Assembly: GCA_044343545.1 (NCBI GenBank)
Contig: JAWBZR010000012.1
Span: 1 to 22,587 of the forward strand
Direction of reading: 5' to 3'
Length of the DNA: 22,587 nucleotides
DNA from: Candidatus Aenigmatarchaeota archaeon
Lineage (GTDB): Archaea; Aenigmatarchaeota; Aenigmatarchaeia; CG10238-14
The notes beneath the pieces were generated by a model. The model did no database searches. It saw nothing but the letters and a program-made list of their open reading frames with translations, and was not told the origin of the DNA. Shown piece after piece: positions 16,335-22,587 of this stretch. Both the position numbers and the translations under genes were made by a program. Numbering within the stretch: the stretch's first letter is position 1; each line of letters opens with the position of its first letter.

Positions 16335-17200
16335 TGTCATATCAACAATTTGCAGTTAAAATATTTGGTGGTTTGTCTAATTCTTTGTCGCCATATTTTA
16401 CTGAGTTGAAGGATGATTTAAAAAAAGCTGAAATGAAAATCACTCTTGTAGAATATTTATCAACTACATTTCTTACTTGCTTGATATTCTTTATCATAGA
16501 ATTACCTTTATTAGCACTAATATTTTCTTTGCTTCGATTAGGACCGCTCTTTAGTTTTTTTCTCGCCATTACAGTAACGCTAACCTTGTGGCTATTTATA
16601 TTCCTTTTCTTTTTGAACTATCCAAAATTCATAATCAAAGATAAAATAAAATCTATTGAAAAAAATTTGCCTTTCGCGACAATATATCTTTCTACAATAA
16701 CTAGCTCTGGTGTCCCTCCCAGTAAAGTTTTCGAATTGTTTGCAAAAATTGAAGATCATGGAGAAATTTCAAAAGAAGCAAAAAAAATAGTTACAGATAT
16801 GAAAGCTTTTGGTTTTAATGTATATGAAGCATTGTTCCGATCGATTGAAAGGATTCCATCCATAGAATTGAGAGATTTATTTTGGTCTATCACCTCTGTG
16901 CTTAGAGCAGGTGGAGATTTATCCGTTTTTCTTAGAGAAAGGTCGACGACATATTTAAACAATTATAGAAGAAGGTTGAATGAGTTTGCGAGAAACTTGG
17001 CTATATACTTGGAAATATATCTAACAATACTTGTGCTTGGAGCAATATTTTTCACTATATTGACTTCGATCATGATGGGTTTAGGTGGAAATTTGGGAAG
17101 CGTCGTGTTTCTCCAATTTTTTGTCGTTTTTATATTCATACCATTAACGAGTGCTGGCTTCATTATACTCATCAAATCTTCTTCACCTGGAGGAGAGTAA
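16334..17200 (+). CDS. Type II secretion system F domain (TadC/PilC/FlaJ-like) membrane platform protein 1
   Basis: Two N-terminal TM helices, IEKNLPFA..YL....SSG, GEISKE...IV.D....G, PS.EL...F, GGDL..FL, two C-terminal TM helices. TAATG overlap with the ATPase. Confidence 0.9.
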   Translation: MSYQQFAVKIFGGLSNSLSPYFTELKDDLKKAEMKITLVEYLSTTFLTCLIFFIIELPLLALIFSLLRLGPLFSFFLAITVTLTLWLFIFLFFLNYPKFIIKDKIKSIEKNLPFATIYLSTITSSGVPPSKVFELFAKIEDHGEISKEAKKIVTDMKAFGFNVYEALFRSIERIPSIELRDLFWSITSVLRAGGDLSVFLRERSTTYLNNYRRRLNEFARNLAIYLEIYLTILVLGAIFFTILTSIMMGLGGNLGSVVFLQFFVVFIFIPLTSAGFIILIKSSSPGGE

Positions 17201-18142
17201 ATGGAATTGAATAAGAGAACCAAAACGCTAATAATCACACTCCTAATCTCATTATTTCTAATAATAATAGGTCTTGCATTGGGTGATATAGGCATATTAG
17301 GAAACTTTATCATCATCTCAGTTTTTATCGTCTCAATTCCACAAGTTGTGATGTATTATATAGAATACAGGGAAATAAAAGAAATGGAGGCAAGGTTTCC
17401 TTTCTTTTTGAGAGACCTTACTGAATCTATTAGGTCTGGCATGCCTCTACATAAAGCAATCATCGAGGCAGGGAAAGTTGATTATGGAAAATTAAGCAAA
17501 GAAGTGAAAAAAATGGCACATCAATTGAGTTGGGGTGTTGACATCGTTAGAGTTTTTGATCACGCCCAAAATAGAATGAAAGGAAGCGAGGTTATATCAA
17601 AAAACCTGAAAATCATCATAGAAACATACAAAATGGGTGGGGAAATTGACAAGACATTAGATTCTTTGTCGAACGCCATACTTACCATTCAAGAAACACA
17701 GAATGAAAGAAAATCCACGCTAAACCAATACGTTGTTGCGATGTATGCTATCACTTACATATTCATAGGAATAATAGTTGGAATAACGAGATTGTTAATA
17801 CCAATATTTTCATCAGGCAATGAAGCTTCTTTAGGCCCAATTGGAACTATAATGGGAAATCCTTGCGAATCTTGCATATACACTCAATCAGCATCTTGCT
17901 TTCCTTGTTACCTATACTTTAGTATTTGTAATCTTTTAGGCGCAAAAAAAGAAAACATAGGATGTTATTATGTTGGCTTGTTTTTTTCAATGATAATGGT
18001 TCAATCTATATGTAGCGGTTTAGTAGCTGGTCAAATAAGTGAGGGTTCTGTAAGAGCAGGTATAAAACATAGCCTCGTATTATTAGCCACCTCTTTCGGA
18101 ATTGTTTTCATCTTAGTGAGAATAGGTGTGATGGGTGTTTAA
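17201..18142 (+). CDS. Type II secretion system F domain membrane platform protein 2
   Basis: E.RFPFFLRDL.ESIRSGM.L..AI, DYGKLS.EV, LSWG, GG.I...L and QSICSGLVAGQISEGSVRAGIKHS. Abuts the previous stop. Confidence 0.9.
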   Translation: MELNKRTKTLIITLLISLFLIIIGLALGDIGILGNFIIISVFIVSIPQVVMYYIEYREIKEMEARFPFFLRDLTESIRSGMPLHKAIIEAGKVDYGKLSKEVKKMAHQLSWGVDIVRVFDHAQNRMKGSEVISKNLKIIIETYKMGGEIDKTLDSLSNAILTIQETQNERKSTLNQYVVAMYAITYIFIGIIVGITRLLIPIFSSGNEASLGPIGTIMGNPCESCIYTQSASCFPCYLYFSICNLLGAKKENIGCYYVGLFFSMIMVQSICSGLVAGQISEGSVRAGIKHSLVLLATSFGIVFILVRIGVMGV

Positions 18143-18601
18143 ATGAAATCGCAAATCTCCTTAGAATATATGATTGCTTTCACAATATTCTTGGGCGTTA
18201 TAACTTACATTTATTTTAGATACATAGATAACATAAACCCTTTTATTGAAGATGTTATAAAGGAGGAAAAGAGGGCAGAGGCTTTTCAAATTTCAGAAAT
18301 ACTCATAAATGACCCTGGTATGGCAAAAAGAGTTGGACTCGCTAACGAGTCGACGAACATGACAAATTGCATCGTGGAAAGTAAAATAAATAATTTGAAT
18401 TGCAATAACTTGAAACAACTTTTGGCACTAGACAGACCATTTAATTTGTTTATTTTTGAAGTAAATATGAATACTGGTCAAAGAACTGTCTTGAAATCAT
18501 GCATTTCTCAGAATTTGAGAAGAGATCAAATAAACGTAACGGTGAGAAGATATGCCGTATTCGATGGCGGAAGAATAGCAGAAGTTGTCGTCGAGGTGTA
18601 A
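18143..18601 (+). CDS. Pilin-like protein (class III signal peptide, Q+1/E+5 type)
   Basis: MKS|QISLEYMIAFTIFLGVI, followed by SEILINDPG and GLA segments. Confidence 0.78.
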   Translation: MKSQISLEYMIAFTIFLGVITYIYFRYIDNINPFIEDVIKEEKRAEAFQISEILINDPGMAKRVGLANESTNMTNCIVESKINNLNCNNLKQLLALDRPFNLFIFEVNMNTGQRTVLKSCISQNLRRDQINVTVRRYAVFDGGRIAEVVVEV

Positions 18602-18604
18602 AGA

Positions 18605-19000
18605 ATGAAAGGAATTATCACCATTCTTGAAGTTGCCTTGGCTGGTACTATAATAATCATGTTATTTCTTTATTTCTTTCCACAATATCAATCAAAAAAT
18701 GATTGGTCTGAAGTCTTGTTGCAAACGACCACTCAAGATATTTTGGCTATAATAGATTTGAGTAATAAAACTTATACATTTGCGACAAATAACAACGAGT
18801 TCGATAATTTTATGAAAAATATCACTGCAAGCAATCCTACTTATTTGTGGTGGAAGGAAGTTGATAACTTGCCTAATGGTAAATCTACTAAAATATTGTA
18901 TTTTAAAAAAGCAAAAAAAGCAACGATAGTAGATGTCGTTTACGAAGGGGGTGCCTTTAGAGTTTATAGCTTTACCTTATATTTAGGAACAATTTTTTGA
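18605..19000 (+). CDS. Pilin-like protein (class III signal peptide)
   Basis: MKG|IITILEVALAGTIIIMLFLYFF. Last gene of the operon. Confidence 0.7.
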   Translation: MKGIITILEVALAGTIIIMLFLYFFPQYQSKNDWSEVLLQTTTQDILAIIDLSNKTYTFATNNNEFDNFMKNITASNPTYLWWKEVDNLPNGKSTKILYFKKAKKATIVDVVYEGGAFRVYSFTLYLGTIF

Positions 19001-19004
19001 TGTA

Positions 19005-20870
19005 CTACACCAACCTTAATGCATCCAAATTTCTTGGTGCTATAGTTTCAATCCTAAAAGTTTTATGTAAAGAACTTGCCAAACTTGTAGGTTTGTTTTC
19101 TTCTCCATGATTGACTATTATCTTTTCTGGTTTTGACTTTAGCCTATAGACATAACTCGTTAATTCCTTGACATCTGCATGACCGGATAAACCATCTATG
19201 GTTTTTACCTCAAGCTCTAACTTTAATGTGCTGGTTTTTCCATTAACATTTATTGGAATTTCTTTCCAACCTTTTTGTATTCTCCTACCAAGGCTTCCTT
19301 CTGCTTGATAACCAACAAACACCAAAGAATTTCTTTTATCCTCTCCCAGCATGGTCAAGTGAGTCATTATAGGTCCTCCTTCAAGCATGCCAGAAGTTGA
19401 AATTATTACGCAAGGTTTCTCTTGCCAAGCTTTTTCTCTATCTTGCTGGGATGCTATTCTTTTAAATATAGGATTTGTAAATGGGTTTTCACCTTGCAAT
19501 ATCTTGTTCTCCATACTCTTTGACATATACTCTGGATATGCTGTATGTATGGCTGTAGAATCCCAAATCATGCCATCAATGAAAACCGGGTATTGAAAAT
19601 TGTAGAAATCAAGTATCGCCATTATTTCTTGTGCCCTCCCTACAGCAAAACTTGGTATGAGACAAATACCGTTTCTCTCCATTGTTCTATTTATTATATC
19701 CATCAAACTCTCTTCAGCTCCTTGTCGAGTGGGCATAACATCTTTGCTTGATCCGTAAGTTGATTCTATTATAAGAGTTTCTATTCTTTGAAAACCTGTA
19801 AATGCTGGGTCGAACAATCTTGACCTTGTAAATTTTATATCTGACGTATATACTATATTGTGAAGACCTTGTCCTATGTGCAAATGAATTTGTGCGCCAC
19901 CAAGCATATGACCTGCTGGTTGAAATGTAAGTCTTATATCTGAAGCTACATCAGAAACTTCACCATAATCTACGGTAATCGAATGTTTTATTGCTTCCTT
20001 CACACCTTTTGCTGTAAAAAGAGGTTGCGTACCTTGCTTTTGCATGACATCAATGTAATCCATATTTAACAAGGTAAACAAATCCAACGTTGGCGGCGTG
20101 CAATAGAGCGGACCGTCATATCCATACTCATATAAATATGGAATAAAACCGCAATGATCCAAGTGCGCGTGACTAAGAATTATTGCGTCTATATCTGCTA
20201 AATCAAATTCTTTAGCAGTTATGTAGGGGTACCTGTTATTTTCAGAACCACCGACATTTATTCCACAATCCAATAAAATTTTTGATTTTGGAGATTCCAC
20301 GAGTAAACAAGATCTTCCAACCTCTCTAAACGAACCCAAGCAAAAAAGTCTTACCCAGTCTCTATTTGTCTTTTTTTCGGAAAATATACTCTTTCCAACT
20401 TGCTTCAAAAACTTTATTCTCCATTTTGTCTCAGAATGTATCAAGTTTCTTATAGAATTCACTATATTCGAAGTTATTTCTGGTTGTCTTTCAATTTTTG
20501 GAACCCAAAGAATGGTTTCTTTAATCTTTTTAAGCGTGCTACCTCCCTTGCCTATAACCACGCCGGGTTTTTTAGCTATGATAAAAACCACGCTTCTTTC
20601 TGGCTCAAAATATATATCTTTTATTTCAGCTTCTTCTGGAACTAGTTCCATAATCTTTTTTTTAGCCTCTTCCGGAGGCAAGCACATGCTATTATCCAAC
20701 CGAACCTCTATCCTCTTCTTTATTTCAGAAACTAGATCCTTTACTTGCTCTGCGGCGTCTAGAAAGAAAACCTTATCCTTCGTATAAATAACTATTTCAC
20801 ATCCCTCCAACTCGACTCTTTCCACGACACCTTTCGGAAAACTAGACTTTACCTTTTCTAAAATCTCCAT
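19005..20870 (-). CDS. fttA: Archaeal beta-CASP ribonuclease aCPSF1 / transcription termination factor FttA
   Basis: N-terminal KH domains (PGVVIGKGG), LGSFREVGRSC, HAHLDH, AGHMLG, ESTYG, SGMLEGG, SGHAD and NHGE. Downstream of psmB, as conserved in archaea. Confidence 0.97.
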   Translation of the reverse strand: MEILEKVKSSFPKGVVERVELEGCEIVIYTKDKVFFLDAAEQVKDLVSEIKKRIEVRLDNSMCLPPEEAKKKIMELVPEEAEIKDIYFEPERSVVFIIAKKPGVVIGKGGSTLKKIKETILWVPKIERQPEITSNIVNSIRNLIHSETKWRIKFLKQVGKSIFSEKKTNRDWVRLFCLGSFREVGRSCLLVESPKSKILLDCGINVGGSENNRYPYITAKEFDLADIDAIILSHAHLDHCGFIPYLYEYGYDGPLYCTPPTLDLFTLLNMDYIDVMQKQGTQPLFTAKGVKEAIKHSITVDYGEVSDVASDIRLTFQPAGHMLGGAQIHLHIGQGLHNIVYTSDIKFTRSRLFDPAFTGFQRIETLIIESTYGSSKDVMPTRQGAEESLMDIINRTMERNGICLIPSFAVGRAQEIMAILDFYNFQYPVFIDGMIWDSTAIHTAYPEYMSKSMENKILQGENPFTNPIFKRIASQQDREKAWQEKPCVIISTSGMLEGGPIMTHLTMLGEDKRNSLVFVGYQAEGSLGRRIQKGWKEIPINVNGKTSTLKLELEVKTIDGLSGHADVKELTSYVYRLKSKPEKIIVNHGEENKPTSLASSLHKTFRIETIAPRNLDALRLV

Positions 20871-20891
20871 ACTTGACCACTTTATAGGAAT

Positions 20892-21527
20892 TTAGTTTTC
20901 TTTAAGCAATTTTTGAACCTCTTCTTCGCTCAACATTTTAAAATTATCCTTATCTATCACGGCCACATCTATTCCCTTTCCCCCAGAAGCAATGTCTCTT
21001 TCAATAGCCGCTTTGACTGCCTTTACTGCTAACTTCTTTGCTTCCTCTATTGAGATATTATCTTTGTAAAAAACTTCCAAAACACCAAAAGCTATTGGTG
21101 AACCTGAGCCTGTAGAAAAGAATTTCTTTTCTTCTAATTTTGATCCATCGGGGTGAAGAATAAACAATTGTGGCCCTTTCTCATCATAACCTGCAAGTAT
21201 TATTTGCACCAAATATGGGAACCATCTCCCTCCATACATGATATTGGCAAGCAAGGTGGCTGCTGCATTGACGCTTATTTTTCTTTTCTCTCTCAATTCA
21301 TACAAAGCGCATTCTGCTTTCAAATATCTTGCCAAAGTCTGTAAATCACCTACCGCACCTGCTTGGGTCATGGCTATGTGCGGTGTGATTTTAACTATCT
21401 TTACATCATCCTTTGATGCTACGAGATAGCCGAGAGTTGCTTTTTTTTCCGCAGCCAATACTACACCATCCTTGCAAACAATCCCTACGGTTGTCGTTCC
21501 AGTTTTCAATTGTTGTATCTGCTCCAA
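20892..21527 (-). CDS. psmB: Proteasome subunit beta
   Basis: KTG|TTTVGIVCKDGVVLAAEK, AGAVGD.Q, TGSGSP.A.GVLE and RDIASG. TTG at 21527 behind GGAGGT gives a 10-aa propeptide MEQIQQLKTG. Confidence 0.96.
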   Translation of the reverse strand: MEQIQQLKTGTTTVGIVCKDGVVLAAEKKATLGYLVASKDDVKIVKITPHIAMTQAGAVGDLQTLARYLKAECALYELREKRKISVNAAATLLANIMYGGRWFPYLVQIILAGYDEKGPQLFILHPDGSKLEEKKFFSTGSGSPIAFGVLEVFYKDNISIEEAKKLAVKAVKAAIERDIASGGKGIDVAVIDKDNFKMLSEEEVQKLLKEN

Positions 21528-21548
21528 AGAATTTACCTCCCTCAAGGA

Positions 21549-21610
21549 CTTGAAAACCAATTAATATTATCCTATAATTAATGATATAAATATTTATTGG
21601 TTTTGTCAAG
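21549..21610. repeat. Long imperfect inverted repeat in the proS-psmB intergenic region
   Basis: CTTG-AAAACCAAT-T-AATATT (21549-21568) versus AATATT-T-ATTGGTTTT-GT-CAAG (21589-21610): about 19 complementary pairs around a 20-nt spacer. Confidence 0.6.
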
Positions 21611-21614
21611 AAAA

Positions 21615-22586
21615 TCAATAAGATTTTGCAAAGTATGCTACATACTTTGCATCTCTTTCACAAAAAACACACCTTCCTTTTATATCTTCTTCCACAAAAG
21701 GCAGAACCCTTACAGTAGCTGCTGTCTCTTCTTTTATCTTTTTTTCGCAACTCAAATCTCCGCACCACTTTGCTTTTACAAAACCTCCCTTTTCCACCAC
21801 CTCTTTAAAGCCACTAAAAGTATTGACTTCAAAAGTATTTTCTTCCAAGAATTTTTTGGCTCTGTCGAATAGGGACTTTTGAATATCATCCATCAAAATT
21901 TTTACGGTTCTTTCAAGACTTTTTTCTTTCACCGTTTCTCTAAGCATTTTATCTCTCCTAAAAATTGTCACTTGATTGTTTTCTACATCTCTTGGTCCTA
22001 TTTCTATTCTTACAGGCACGCCTTTTAATTCCCAATCATTAAATTTCCAACCTGGTGTGTATTCTCTTTCGTCTATTTCGACAGAATAATGTTTTTCTAA
22101 TTTGCTTTTTATTTCTCGAGCCTTGTTTAAGATTTTTTTGTTTTTTTCAAAACCGATTGGTATTATGACAATATGAATTGGCGCTATTCTGGGTGGTAAA
22201 ATTAAACCTTTATCATCTCCGTGAACCATCACTATCGCTCCTATCAATCTCGTGCTAATACCCCACGATGTTTGCCAAACGTACTTTTCGGTTGAATCTT
22301 TGTCCAAAAATTTTATATCGAATGCCTTTGCAAAATGTTGACCCAAATGATGCGAAGTGGCCATTTGTAAAGCTTTTTTATCCCCCATCAACCCTTCTAA
22401 AGTTGTTGTGTATAAAGCTCCGGCAAATTTTTCGCCATCACTTTTTTTACCTGCAATAACAGGTATGGCAAGATACTCCTCTATGAGCTTTTTATATTGG
22501 TTCAATCTCAACATTACTTCTTCCTCTGCCTCCTCGTAGGTTGCATGAGCTGTATGTCCCTCTTGCCATAAAAATTCTCTCGTCCT
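21615..22586 (-). CDS. proS: Proline--tRNA ligase (archaeal/eukaryotic type), C-terminal part (5' end beyond the window)
   Basis: Frame is open to the edge: RTREFLWQEGHTAH (motif 2), EKFAGA, LQMATSHHLGQHFAKAF, QTSWGISTRLIG, HGDDKGL.LPP, PGWKF..WE.KGVP.RIEIGPRD, C-terminal Zn Cys and terminal FAKSY. Confidence 0.97.
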   Translation of the reverse strand, partial: RTREFLWQEGHTAHATYEEAEEEVMLRLNQYKKLIEEYLAIPVIAGKKSDGEKFAGALYTTTLEGLMGDKKALQMATSHHLGQHFAKAFDIKFLDKDSTEKYVWQTSWGISTRLIGAIVMVHGDDKGLILPPRIAPIHIVIIPIGFEKNKKILNKAREIKSKLEKHYSVEIDEREYTPGWKFNDWELKGVPVRIEIGPRDVENNQVTIFRRDKMLRETVKEKSLERTVKILMDDIQKSLFDRAKKFLEENTFEVNTFSGFKEVVEKGGFVKAKWCGDLSCEKKIKEETAATVRVLPFVEEDIKGRCVFCERDAKYVAYFAKSY

Positions 22587-22587
22587 C

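Noticed and set aside
13189..19000. Archaellum (fla/arl) operon
   Set aside because: No FlaH, FlaF/G or FlaC/D/E. The platform is split into two TadC-like genes, and the pilins lack the archaellin GIGTLIVFIA-type N-terminus.
21528..21560. Longer psmB N-terminus given in the ORF track
   Set aside because: The extension contains the GGAGGT SD itself; TTG at 21527 gives a typical short propeptide.
21567..21594. Xer dif-like site (TTATCCTATAA-N6-ATATAAATATT)
   Set aside because: The arms are poorly inverted and the resemblance is explained by AT richness and a TATA box.
1..22587. CRISPR array, rRNA, SRP RNA, transposase
   Set aside because: No regularly spaced repeats, no intergenic space or GC-rich structured segment other than the two tRNAs, and no transposase-like ORF.

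Overview
Gene-dense, AT-rich archaeal chromosomal window. The gene set and compaction suggest a DPANN-type lineage such as Aenigmarchaeota, but this is inference. Left to right: (1) the 5' part of a GT28/MGDG-synthase-like glycosyltransferase (minus, cut by the window edge). (2) A + strand informational operon: pfdA-ftsY-srp54-trmY-pus10-rpl21e-rpoF-DUF655. (3) A minus-strand block, in transcription order: tRNA-Ile(UAU) with two non-canonical introns, a NUDIX protein with a degenerate Nudix box, a rhomboid protease, class II lysS, alaX, cdc6/orc1 and initiator tRNA-Met. (4) A thermosome subunit. (5) A tightly coupled 9-gene type IV pilus-like locus: a coiled-coil/Pro-rich unknown, five class III signal-peptide proteins, an assembly ATPase and two TadC/PilC-type membrane proteins, with no prepilin peptidase. 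(6) Minus-strand proS (cut by the edge), psmB and aCPSF1/FttA. No CRISPR array, rRNA or mobile element is visible. The most notable items are the doubly interrupted tRNA-Ile(UAU), the pilus locus and its unusual parts, the probable pseudo-NUDIX, and inverted repeats upstream of the thermosome, psmB and cdc6 genes.
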